From: Candidatus Electronema halotolerans
GTDB lineage: Bacteria > Desulfobacterota > Desulfobulbia > Desulfobulbales > Desulfobulbaceae
NCBI GenBank assembly: GCA_942493095.1
Contig: OW818675.1
Span: 2,880,001-2,912,000, forward strand
Direction: 5' to 3'
Length of the DNA stretch: 32,000 nucleotides
Every line of letters starts with the position of its first letter. Position 1 is the first letter of the stretch. The notes below the pieces were generated by a model. It worked only from the letters and a program-made list of their open reading frames with translations, was not told the origin of the DNA and ran no database searches. The position numbers and the translations under genes are program-made. Below are positions 21,429 to 30,683 of the stretch, one piece after another.

Positions 21429-21956
21429 TCAGGCGGCTTTTTGCCGGTGAGGGATTGATTGACTGGCTGCGGCAGGCTGATCAGTCCAGATCAGCGCCTC
21501 TTCATCACAGTCCGGGAATTTGGGGCATTGCAGGCAGTCGCTCCAGATTTTGTGCGGCAGCTCGCTTTTTTCAATCGGGACAAAGCCGAGCTTGCGGAAA
21601 AACAGGCCTTGGTAGGTGAGGGTGAAAACCCGGCTGATTTCCAAGCTGCGGGCCTCGTCCAAGCAAGAGCTGACCAATTCGCTGCCAATGCCCTGCCGCT
21701 GCCTGCTTTCCGCCACCGCCAAGGAGCGGATTTCCGCCAGATTGTCCCAAGAAATATGCAGTGAGCAGACCCCTTGGATGCCATCCTGATCAAAGACGAC
21801 AAAATCACGGAGCTGGTCATAGAGTGAACTGATCGAGCGGCCCAGCAGCAGCCCTTTGGCAGCATACTGCTGGAGCAGGCTGTGAATGGCCTTGACATCG
21901 CTCATTCTGGCCGGACGGATGAAAACCCCTGGTTTTCCCCCTGAGAGTGTGTTCAT
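21429..21956 (-). CDS. GNAT family N-acetyltransferase, ArgA short-form-like
   Basis: [30 protein letters not shown]…[23 protein letters not shown]; start chosen at MNTLSGGKP. Confidence 0.8.
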   Translation of the reverse strand: MNTLSGGKPGVFIRPARMSDVKAIHSLLQQYAAKGLLLGRSISSLYDQLRDFVVFDQDGIQGVCSLHISWDNLAEIRSLAVAESRQRQGIGSELVSSCLDEARSLEISRVFTLTYQGLFFRKLGFVPIEKSELPHKIWSDCLQCPKFPDCDEEALIWTDQPAAASQSIPHRQKAA

Positions 21957-22103
21957 AGCAATGCGCCGCCGTTTCTCCGTTGAGACGGAAAAAACGGTTT
22001 GCTGATGTTGGTTGTGTTTCAATGGATTTTTGCTCTGTATAAACAAAGACAGTAACGCTTTGTCAGCTTTTGGTCAAGGGCTGGCGCGCAGAGCGGATGC
22101 CGC

Positions 22104-22430
22104 TTACTGCGTTTCCCGGACAGCCTTCTGCCCAAGCGGAGCAATGCGCTTCTTTTTTTCTTCAGGCCGGATGATTTCCACGGCTGGATTTTCGATATAT
22201 GCAGGAGCTGCATTGTCAGCCTGCCTGTTGTCCGCTGGCGGTGCGGCAGCGAGCTGCTGCGGAGAATGGAGAATGGTCTGCCCCGCCCAGATGCCGAGCA
22301 GAAATATCCAGAAAAAAAGACAGAACAGCACCACGCCAATGCCGGCAATGCCGCCCGGACTGAGCTGGAACGTGATGCTGCCGCTTGATTCTTCCTGAAT
22401 TTCCGCTGTGCTGCGTTTGCGCCGGGACAT
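22104..22430 (-). CDS. Hypothetical protein with one transmembrane segment
   Basis: MSRRKRSTAEIQEESSG…GIGVVLFCLFFWIFLLGIWAGQTIL; start could also be 22511. Confidence 0.5.
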   Translation of the reverse strand: MSRRKRSTAEIQEESSGSITFQLSPGGIAGIGVVLFCLFFWIFLLGIWAGQTILHSPQQLAAAPPADNRQADNAAPAYIENPAVEIIRPEEKKKRIAPLGQKAVRETQ

Positions 22431-22827
22431 GCTGCCTTGAGGAGGAACAGTGATCTTTGCCTGCTGAGACAGCTTACAAATTCGGCCCGTTGGGAGCAAG
22501 ATTTTTATCAAGGCGGTTGCGCGAAGTCGAAACCGCAGCCTTTGTCTTCATGCAGTCGGCAACATGCTCCGGCAATACGCCTAGCTGGCTTATGAGTAAA
22601 AAATACTCAGCAATGTCTTGAGGCTGTGTAAAAGTTACCTGCGCCCCTTGGCTGTCTGTTTGTTCACTTGTTCAGAATGAGAATCAATCCCATTTTGGCC
22701 GGACAGGCAAGAAAAACGCAATTCAAAGCAATTGCGGCATATATCTTGCAAGATAAATTATGGAGAGGAAGCTTTCTGCCTGTGCGTGGAGGGTGAAAAA
22801 ATTTCAGAAAAAGACGAGGAGGAACAG

Positions 22828-23067
22828 ATGAACTGTTGGGAATATAAGAAATGCGGGCGGGAAAAAGGCGGCATCAATGTGAAAAGGTTAGGGATATGTC
22901 CAGCTTGGCCAGCGCATGGCCAGCAATGCGCCCGCGTTGCCGGCACCTTCTGCGGCGGCAAGGTGCAGGGAACCTTTGTCATGAAGCTGCTCACCTGCAT
23001 GAAATGCGAGTTTTATCAAAGTGAGCATTATGATAAAAGCTATGGCAGAGAAAGAGCCGCAGCCTGA
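22828..23067 (+). CDS. Small Cys-rich protein (two-CW-domain-like)
   Basis: MNCWEYKKCGREKGG…CPAWPAHGQQCARVAGTFCGGKVQGTF…LLTCMKCEFY; SD gacgaggagg upstream. Confidence 0.65.
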   Translation: MNCWEYKKCGREKGGINVKRLGICPAWPAHGQQCARVAGTFCGGKVQGTFVMKLLTCMKCEFYQSEHYDKSYGRERAAA

Positions 23068-23088
23068 CAGGCTGCGGCTGAGTCCTTT

Positions 23089-23538
23089 TTATTGCGGCTG
23101 ACAGGTGCCTGTGCATTCCGCACCGTTTTCACAGCCGTCGTTGGGAATGTCAACGCATATCATTCCGTTTGGACAGGGAATGCCAGCGATGCTGCCGCAC
23201 ATCCGGCCTTGACCTTCGCATTGGCCGTCATATTTGACGGAAACACCAGCCCGGGCCGCAGCGCAGGCGTTGCTGTAGGTCCTGCCATTGCATCCGCAGA
23301 CCGGCGAATAGTCTGCGGTGCAGATTTCCGGCCTTGGCTTGCAGATGCCCGGCGCATCTCCAATGCCGCAATGGGCAGCGGGTTCATAAGAGCAATACAT
23401 ATCTGCCGGGCAGGCTGCACCGCGAAAGCCGCCGCAGACTTGGCCGGAAGGAGGAGGCGGGGAAGAAGGCGGCTTGGGGCATCCTGTCAGGAGCAGCAGG
23501 ACAAAGCAGCTGAGAGCAAAAAAAATGGACTTGCACAT
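23089..23538 (-). CDS. Kazal-type domain-containing probable lipoprotein
   Basis: Lipobox-like LLLLTGC; Kazal-like CTADYSPVCGCNGRTYSNACAAARAGVSVKYDGQC; start chosen at MCKSIFFALSC. Confidence 0.75.
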   Translation of the reverse strand: MCKSIFFALSCFVLLLLTGCPKPPSSPPPPSGQVCGGFRGAACPADMYCSYEPAAHCGIGDAPGICKPRPEICTADYSPVCGCNGRTYSNACAAARAGVSVKYDGQCEGQGRMCGSIAGIPCPNGMICVDIPNDGCENGAECTGTCQPQ

Positions 23539-24008
23539 GAATCTCTCCGCAAAAGAAACGGTTGCGCTGACATCAGCAGCATCTATTCTGCAAACCTGCC
23601 TCTGACAGCTTGGCTGTTGCCTCAGATTAAGCATTTTCGCCCCTGTCCAGCAAGGAATTTCTGCGGCAACAAACACCGCCCGCCGCTGCCGATCTTCAGA
23701 GATCATCCTGCCTCACTGTAGTCCATCTCGCAAAAAAGTCTCAACAATCCCGATTGCTTGGTCGGTCATACTGACCTGACATCCTGTTCCACAGGGAATA
23801 AAGCACTTGCACAGACCAGCACTGCTCCTATACAATAGGATTTCTTGTGCATAGTGTCTCTGTGCCATGAGCAGAAAGCTGCCTCCATGATTCTGGCTGT
23901 TTGGACTGCGCTTGTCAAAACGCTGCGCAGATGCGGCAGTGATACATCAAGAGTCAAGTGCTTGCCGCATACTCGGCTTGTCCTGAATGAATACAACTGA
24001 ATTTTTTT

Positions 24009-24842
24009 ATGAACATCGCCCATTTCCCCATTCCCTTTGTCAAGATGAGCGGCACTGGCAATGACTTTATTCTCATTGACAACCACCAGCCGCTGATCGC
24101 CCCGGAGGACATGTCCGCTTTGGCTGCTGCTGTGTGCAGACGCAAGTTTTCTGTCGGCGCGGACGGCCTGATTCTGCTTGAACCATCTGCGCAGGCCGAC
24201 TTTTGCTGGCAGTTCTTCAATGCCGACGGCTCAACAGCGGAGATGTGCGGCAACGGAGCGCGCTGCGCCGCCCGTTTCGCCTTCATGCAGGGCATTGCTC
24301 CAGAAAAGATGCGCTTTGAGACCCTGGCCGGAATCATTGAGGCGGAAATTTCTGGCACCGAAGTGGCGGTCAAGATGACGAAGCCGGTCAATCTGCGCCT
24401 GCATCAGACCATTGAGGTGAACAATGCCCCGTTGGAATTGCACAGCATCAACACGGGCGTGCCTCATGCAGTTGTCTTTGTTGACAACATTGACAAAACT
24501 GACGTGCGCGGCCTTGGCCGGGCGGTCCGGCAGCATCAGGCCTTTGCCCCTGCTGGCACCAATGTCAACTTTGTTCAGCAGCGCGGCGCGGCCTTCAAAG
24601 TGCGTACCTACGAGCGCGGCGTGGAGGATGAAACCTTGGCCTGCGGCACTGGCGCGGCAGCCAGTGCGATCATTGCCGCCCTGCTTGGTCAGGCCGCCTC
24701 GCCAGTGGAGATCATCACCTCCGGCGGCGACCGCCTGAGCATTTCCTTTGCCGCTGAAAGCGGGCGGATTGACAGCGTCTATCTCAAAGGCCCGGCCCGG
24801 ATGATTTATGCCGGAGAACTGACTGCCGAGGCCCTGCTGTGA
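24009..24842 (+). CDS. dapF: Diaminopimelate epimerase
   Basis: FVKMSGTGNDFILID, NADGSTAEMCGNGARCAARF, YERGVEDETLACGTGAAA. Confidence 0.95.
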   Translation: MNIAHFPIPFVKMSGTGNDFILIDNHQPLIAPEDMSALAAAVCRRKFSVGADGLILLEPSAQADFCWQFFNADGSTAEMCGNGARCAARFAFMQGIAPEKMRFETLAGIIEAEISGTEVAVKMTKPVNLRLHQTIEVNNAPLELHSINTGVPHAVVFVDNIDKTDVRGLGRAVRQHQAFAPAGTNVNFVQQRGAAFKVRTYERGVEDETLACGTGAAASAIIAALLGQAASPVEIITSGGDRLSISFAAESGRIDSVYLKGPARMIYAGELTAEALL

Positions 24843-25049
24843 TTTGCTGCCGTCCCTCAGCTTCATATCTCTGCCAAAGAAAACGCGACATTTTCTATTG
24901 ACAAGCAGAGCCGGAATGATAATCTCCTTTGCAAGAGTTTCTCCTCAAGCAACAAGGTCACGCGCCGCAGTCTGCTGTGGAACTTTTCTTCAGCAAAACA
25001 AGGTGCTGTCAACGCAGTCAATCAAGCCAACTTCACAAGGAGTGCTGCC

Positions 25050-25637
25050 ATGTCGATCAATCTCTCCAAAGGCGCCAATATCTCATTGGCAAAAGAAGCT
25101 CCCAGCCTCACCGATGCCCTGCTGGGGCTGGGCTGGAGCAAGAGAAAAGAAAAAGCGTTCTTTGGCATGACGACCAAAGAAGTTGATGTTGATCTGGATG
25201 CCTCCTGCCTCCTGTTTGATGAAAATAAAAGCCTGCTGGATGCGGTCTGGTTCCGGCAGCTGCAAAGCAAGGACGGCTCAGTCCGGCACAGCGGTGACGA
25301 CCTGACCGGCGGGGGCGGGGATGACGATCCGAATGAGGAAATTCTTGTCCAGCTCAACGCGGTGCCGGACAATGTCAAAACCTTAGTTTTCACAGTCAAC
25401 AGTTTTCTCAATGATTCCTTTGACGGCATTCCCAGTGCCTTCTGCACCTTGAAGGATAAAAAAACTGGGAAAATCATTGCCAAGTACGACTTGAGCGTCG
25501 AAGGCGGCAGCCGCACCGGGCTGGTCATCGCCAAGCTCTACCGGCATGACAACGAGTGGAAATTCAAAGCCCTTGGCGAATGGGGCAACGGCAGAACCTT
25601 TGACAAGCTGCTGCCGATCATTTCTAAATTGCTGTAA
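25050..25637 (+). CDS. TerD family protein
   Basis: INLSKGANISLAKEAPSL…GLGWS…VDVDLDASCLLF…HSGDDLTGGGGDDDPNEEI. Confidence 0.9.
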   Translation: MSINLSKGANISLAKEAPSLTDALLGLGWSKRKEKAFFGMTTKEVDVDLDASCLLFDENKSLLDAVWFRQLQSKDGSVRHSGDDLTGGGGDDDPNEEILVQLNAVPDNVKTLVFTVNSFLNDSFDGIPSAFCTLKDKKTGKIIAKYDLSVEGGSRTGLVIAKLYRHDNEWKFKALGEWGNGRTFDKLLPIISKLL

Positions 25638-25658
25638 CGCACCAAAGGAGGCAAAAAA

Positions 25659-26246
25659 ATGGGCATTACCTTAGAAAAAGGCGGCAGGATATCTCTGTCA
25701 AAAGCGGCACCTGGCCTGAGCAAGATTTTCATCGGTCTTGGCTGGGATGAGCGGACCACTGATGGTGCTGATTTTGATCTTGATGCCTCGGTTTTTCTCT
25801 TAAATGCGGCAGGCAAGGCCCGCAGCGAGCAGGATTTCATCTTCTACAACAACCTCAAGGGCGCGGACGGCGCAGTTGAGCATCAAGGCGACAACTTGAC
25901 CGGTGGCGGCGAGGGTGACGACGAGGTCGTCAAGGTTGATCTGCGCAAATTGGAAAGCGTCGCCCCGGATGTGATCAGAATGGCTGTGGTCTGCACGATT
26001 TACGAGGCGGAACAGCGCGGCCAGAATTTTGGTCAGGTCAGCAATGCCTTTATCCGCATTGTCAATGACGACGACAACGAGGAGATCGTCCGCTTTGATC
26101 TGACTGAAGATTATTCCATGGAAACGGCAATGGTCTTTGGCGAGGTCTATAAAAAAGACGGCGAATGGCGTTTCACTGCGGTCGGACAAGGCTATTCAGG
26201 AGGGCTTGCCGCTGCCTGCGCCAACTACGGCCTGAACGCCAACTGA
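25659..26246 (+). CDS. TerD family protein
   Basis: ITLEKGGRISLSKAAPGLSK…GLGWDERTTDGADFDLDASVFLL…HQGDNLTGGGEGDDE; SD aaaggagg. Confidence 0.93.
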   Translation: MGITLEKGGRISLSKAAPGLSKIFIGLGWDERTTDGADFDLDASVFLLNAAGKARSEQDFIFYNNLKGADGAVEHQGDNLTGGGEGDDEVVKVDLRKLESVAPDVIRMAVVCTIYEAEQRGQNFGQVSNAFIRIVNDDDNEEIVRFDLTEDYSMETAMVFGEVYKKDGEWRFTAVGQGYSGGLAAACANYGLNAN

Positions 26247-26322
26247 GGCGCAAACATCTGCCAATTTCGGAATGCCGCCTGCAACCGGGCGGCATTTTTT
26301 GATATTTCTACAGGAGAATGCG

Positions 26323-26961
26323 ATGCGACGGCTGCCTGTCTATCTTCTGCTTGACTGCTCCACTTCCATGAGCGGCGAGCCGATTCAAGCGGTGCAAGAT
26401 GGCGTGCAACTGCTGATTTCAACCCTGCGGCAAGACCCTTACGCGCTGGAAACAGCCTGTCTCAGCGTGATCGCCTTTGACACAGATGCCAGACAGCTTG
26501 TGCCGCTGACTGATGTGATCAGCTTTCAAGTCCCAAATATTCGGGCGCAGGGGGTCACATCTTTAGGCAGGGCGTTGCAGCTAACTGCGGAAAAAATCAA
26601 CAGCGAAGTGGTGAAAACCACGCCTGACCGGCGCGGCGACTGGAAGCCGCTGGTTTTTCTCATGACCGACGGCATGCCCACGGACGACTGGCGGCCTGGC
26701 TTGGACCTGCTGCAAAAGAGCAAGCCCGGCATGATCATTGCCTGCGCTGCCGGACCTGATGTGGAACTCAAGGTTCTGAAGGAAATCTCAGACGTTGTTG
26801 TGCAGTTGAGCACGGCTGACGCTGAAACCATCAAGAAGTTCTTCCAGTGGATTTCCGCCAGCGTCAGCACCAGCAGCCGCAAGATTGATCTGAAAAAGAA
26901 AGATGTTACCGCCTTGGACGAGCTGCCGCCCCCGCCGCCGGAAATCAATGTCGTGGTCTGA
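26323..26961 (+). CDS. VWA domain protein, TerY-like
   Basis: MRRLPVYLLLDCSTSMSGEPIQAVQDG, FLMTDGMPTDDW, PPPPPEINVV tail; SD caggag upstream. Confidence 0.88.
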   Translation: MRRLPVYLLLDCSTSMSGEPIQAVQDGVQLLISTLRQDPYALETACLSVIAFDTDARQLVPLTDVISFQVPNIRAQGVTSLGRALQLTAEKINSEVVKTTPDRRGDWKPLVFLMTDGMPTDDWRPGLDLLQKSKPGMIIACAAGPDVELKVLKEISDVVVQLSTADAETIKKFFQWISASVSTSSRKIDLKKKDVTALDELPPPPPEINVVV

Positions 26962-27252
26962 TTTCAGTTCTTGAACAGTTTGCTTTCCAGCAAACAAGTC
27001 GATCAGCCCCGCTTGCCCCAACAGCTTTACATGACTGATGTTTTTTTAAGAATATCGTGTCAGGATGTCCTGATCAGGGAAACTTCAGGCTGACGGGCTG
27101 ATGCAAAGCTGGTTTGCTGAATTTCTTTCATTCCGCCCTTAAAGCGTTCAGTCATACGTCAAGTCGCCCTGAATCCTCTTTTGCAACGAACTGCGGTGCG
27201 GAGTTGCGCACCGGCTCTGGGGCTGCATGGCAGAGCTGGCGCGCTGCTGAGG

Positions 27253-27564
27253 TTATAAGGTGATGACAATTCTTGGCAACTCCAGCACAAATGGCGGCGG
27301 GGCCATGTAAGCTGGCGGCGGTGCTGGCGTGACCATATAGGGCGGCGGCGGCAGATAGACCACTGGCGCAGGCGGCGGTGGCGGCACAAAAACAGGCGGT
27401 GGTGGAGCTGGCGCGACCATATAGGGCGGCGGCGGCAGATAGACCATTGGCGCAGGCGGTGGCGGCGCAAAAGCGGGCGGCGGCGGCAGAAAAGCGTGAG
27501 ACGCTGTTGCCGAAGTAAAAAAGATCGCCGCGCTGAACAAAATGGAACAAGTCAGAGTTTTCAT
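27253..27564 (-). CDS. Secreted proline-rich repeat protein
   Basis: Signal peptide-like MKTLTCSILFSAAIFFTSATASHA then two 28-aa Pro-rich units (AP[MV]VYLPPPPYMV…). Confidence 0.6.
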   Translation of the reverse strand: MKTLTCSILFSAAIFFTSATASHAFLPPPPAFAPPPPAPMVYLPPPPYMVAPAPPPPVFVPPPPPAPVVYLPPPPYMVTPAPPPAYMAPPPFVLELPRIVITL

Positions 27565-27951
27565 TGCATTCTCCCAGATGAAGTGGTGTGGGCAGATCAG
27601 CCTTGCAGCGACTGCTCCGCTTATTTTATTATACCATGCTGCTGTCAGGCCTGCTATTCTTTCCGCCGCCGCTTGAAACGTGTCATTCATGACCTGCGAA
27701 ACCGGCCCAACCAAAAATTTCAAAAAGTTTCAGGCGTATTTGGAACATTTTGCGGAGCAGCATGTTGAGCGGCTTCCAAATCCATCCCAATCCGCAGAGC
27801 ACCAACCTGCAATGGAAATTGGATTATCCGAAGAAACATCGCTTGAATCTGTATTTAGATGCAACATTGACCTGACTGATCAAATACGCATTCCACTGAC
27901 CGAGTTTCATACGGAAGCACTGGATTTATCAATAATAACAGAGAGGGGAAA

Positions 27952-28731
27952 ATGCCTGCACCAGAAATACAGATTTCAAAAGACGGCCTGAGACTTTCTT
28001 ATCAGCGATATTTGGCAGACAGTGCTGCTGGTTTCTTGGTGATTCTAATCGTATTGCTTGCTCTGAACAAAGGTGTGCCGCTTCCTTTTTTGGGCCATTC
28101 ACTTGAGTCACTTACAACGTTATCAAAAGATACTAAGGTGTTTGTTTTTCTTATTACCTTCCTACTTGCTACACCGCTTGGTCTCACGATAAACGGACTG
28201 AGCTGGTTTTTTCTTGGCTGGTGCAAGCTGTATAGTATAGATATTTGGTTAAAATCTCCTGAAAAGTACTTTAATCCATTTTTTCCTACTAAAAAATCTT
28301 TTAGATACAAAAAACTTGTCACTTTTTTCTTCAATAATAATCAATTATCAGGAAAAATTTATGAAGTATCTGAACAATATCAAGATTACCTGAGCATATT
28401 CTTTAAAGACAGGATACGATTAGAACATGTGACAGGATTGTCCCAATTTGCAAGAAATGTTTCTTTTATTTCTGTATGTTATGTTTTTATTATTTTCTAT
28501 AAGTTGTCGTGGTGCCCAGAAACAACCTTAGTCACATCTCACCATTTCATATTGCTTGGTATATTAATCGCTATACTTGCAGCTATTCTCTACTCATTAT
28601 TAGAGAGCTTTCGGTGTTTGAAAATTCTGTCAACCATCCATCTTCTCTGTATTGCTCGTGGGATAACACATAACACGTCGGATGATCCTGAAAAACTAAT
28701 CAAAAAAATACATGCCGCCTATTTTGCGTGA
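27952..28731 (+). CDS. Hypothetical multi-pass membrane protein
   Basis: 259 aa with several hydrophobic segments (AGFLVILIVLLALNKG, VFVFLITFLLATPLG, FILLGILIAILAAILYSLL); AT-richer than neighbours. Confidence 0.6.
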   Translation: MPAPEIQISKDGLRLSYQRYLADSAAGFLVILIVLLALNKGVPLPFLGHSLESLTTLSKDTKVFVFLITFLLATPLGLTINGLSWFFLGWCKLYSIDIWLKSPEKYFNPFFPTKKSFRYKKLVTFFFNNNQLSGKIYEVSEQYQDYLSIFFKDRIRLEHVTGLSQFARNVSFISVCYVFIIFYKLSWCPETTLVTSHHFILLGILIAILAAILYSLLESFRCLKILSTIHLLCIARGITHNTSDDPEKLIKKIHAAYFA

Positions 28732-28776
28732 TAACAGCGGCACTGCAAATTCACCCAATCCATAAGGAAACAGATC

Positions 28777-30042
28777 ATGACCAACAGTGAAATCGAACAG
28801 CTTATTATCAACATGGCGGAAAAGGGCCGCAAAGCAGCCCGCAAGCTCGCCGCCCTGCCGACTGCGGTGAAAAACAGCATCCTGCTGCAAACTGCCGAGC
28901 AGCTTGAAGCGCAGCGCGAGGCCATCAAGGCCGAAAATGCCAAAGACTTGGCTGCTGGCCGCGAGAAAGGGCTGTCTGCCGCCATGCTTGATCGACTGAC
29001 CCTGAGCGACAAGGTCATCAACTCCATGATTCAGGGCTTGCAGGAAATTGCGGCCCTGCCAGACCCGGTCGGCACGGTTGACGACATGAAGCGTAGGCCG
29101 AGCGGCATTACGGTGGGCCGGATGCGGGTGCCGCTGGGCGTGATCGGCATGATCTACGAGGCGCGGCCCAACGTGACCATTGATGCCGCCGCCCTCTGTC
29201 TGAAGGCGGGCAACGGGGTGCTTCTGCGCGGAGGCTCTGAGGCGATTCATTCCAACCTCGCCTTGGCCAAGCTGCTGCAAGAGGTGCTGGCTGCGCACGA
29301 AGTACCTGCCGAGGCGGCCCAAGTCATCCCGGTCACTGATCGCTACGGCATCAACGTCATGCTGGCGCAGGAGCAGTTCATTGACGTGATCATCCCCAGA
29401 GGCGGCGAGGGCCTGATCCGCTTTGTCACGGAGAATTCTAAAATTCCGGTGCTCAAGCACTACAAGGGCGTGTGTCATCTCTACATGGATGAGAGCGGCG
29501 ATGTCGCCACCGGCATCCGTATCACCATGAACGGCAAGACCCAGCGGCCCGGTGTCTGCAATGCCTTGGAAGGAATGCTGATTCACAAGGATGCTGCACC
29601 TTGCTTTCTGCCTGCGGCAGCCAAGGAATTGATGGCTGCCGGGGTTGAGCTGCGCGGCTGCGAGCGAAGCCGGGCCATCGTCCCGGAGATTGTCGCGGCG
29701 CAGGACAGCGACTGGGGCACCGAATTCCTTGATTTGAAAATGATTGTCCGGGTGGTTGAGGACATGGATGAGGCCATCCGCTACATCGAGCAGTATGGCT
29801 CGCAGCACACCGAGGTGATTGTCACCGAGTCCTACGCTGCCAGCCAGCGTTTCCTGCGCGAAGTGGATGCCTCGGCAGTAATGATCAACGCTTCCAGCCG
29901 CTTCAACGACGGCGGCCAGTTTGGTTTGGGCGCGGAGATCGGCATTTCCACCACCAAGCTGCACGCCTACGGCCCGATGGGGCTGGAGGAGCTGACCACG
30001 CGCAAGTTTGTGGTCTATGGTGAGGGCGAGATTCGCCAGTAA
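28777..30042 (+). CDS. proA: Glutamate-5-semialdehyde dehydrogenase (gamma-glutamyl phosphate reductase)
   Basis: RMRVPLGVIGMIYEARPNVTIDAAALCLKAGN, RGG(S)EAI, GLGAEIGISTTKLHAYGPMGLEELTT. Confidence 0.95.
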   Translation: MTNSEIEQLIINMAEKGRKAARKLAALPTAVKNSILLQTAEQLEAQREAIKAENAKDLAAGREKGLSAAMLDRLTLSDKVINSMIQGLQEIAALPDPVGTVDDMKRRPSGITVGRMRVPLGVIGMIYEARPNVTIDAAALCLKAGNGVLLRGGSEAIHSNLALAKLLQEVLAAHEVPAEAAQVIPVTDRYGINVMLAQEQFIDVIIPRGGEGLIRFVTENSKIPVLKHYKGVCHLYMDESGDVATGIRITMNGKTQRPGVCNALEGMLIHKDAAPCFLPAAAKELMAAGVELRGCERSRAIVPEIVAAQDSDWGTEFLDLKMIVRVVEDMDEAIRYIEQYGSQHTEVIVTESYAASQRFLREVDASAVMINASSRFNDGGQFGLGAEIGISTTKLHAYGPMGLEELTTRKFVVYGEGEIRQ

Positions 30043-30047
30043 GAATA

Positions 30048-30638
30048 ATGGAGCGGATCGGGCTGTTCGGCGGCACCTTTGACCCAGTGCATTGCGGCCA
30101 TCTGGCGATTGCCGAGCAGGCTGCGGAAGAACTGCGGCTCGCCCAGATGCTCTTCATCCCGGCTCCTGATCCGCCTCATAAGCGAAAGACGACAGCGACT
30201 TACGGGCAGCGGGTCGCCATGCTGGAGCTGGCCTTGGCCGACCATGATCGCTTCAGCGTCTCCCTGCTGGAGTCTGAGCTGCCCAAACCTTCCTACACGG
30301 CTGACACCCTGCTGGAGCTGCGCAAGCGTCTGGCCGGGCAGTTTTATTTCCTCATTGGTGCGGATTCGTTGCTGGAGCTGCACCTCTGGAACCGCTTTCA
30401 GGATTTGCTCAAGCTGACCAAATTCATCGTCATTTCACGGCCCGGCATTCCGCTGCCAGCCATGCGGCAGGCGATGGAGCGGCTGCCCGGTAATTTTGTT
30501 CCGCTCGTCAACCGGCTGAAGGAGGATGTTTCATCCACTGCGATTCGGGCGCAGTTGCGGCTGGGCGAAAAAACAGAGCTATTGGATAGGCGGGTGGTAG
30601 GGTATATTGAGCGGGAGAGGTTGTATAAATCTGTCTGA
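30048..30638 (+). CDS. nadD: Nicotinate-nucleotide adenylyltransferase
   Basis: IGLFGGTFDPVHCGHL, YFLIGADSLLEL, VSSTAIR. Confidence 0.93.
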   Translation: MERIGLFGGTFDPVHCGHLAIAEQAAEELRLAQMLFIPAPDPPHKRKTTATYGQRVAMLELALADHDRFSVSLLESELPKPSYTADTLLELRKRLAGQFYFLIGADSLLELHLWNRFQDLLKLTKFIVISRPGIPLPAMRQAMERLPGNFVPLVNRLKEDVSSTAIRAQLRLGEKTELLDRRVVGYIERERLYKSV

Positions 30639-30683
30639 CAAAAAACAGTCATCTTAATGCAGTAGATGGAGAATGAAAGAATA

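Noticed and set aside
23808-23837. TTGCAC-18-TACAAT promoter-like sequence upstream of dapF
   Set aside because: Plausible sigma70-like spacing, but about 170 nt from the start and unsupported by any other evidence.
28696-29964. 422-aa minus-strand ORF opposite proA
   Set aside because: Mirror ORF of proA; no domain features.
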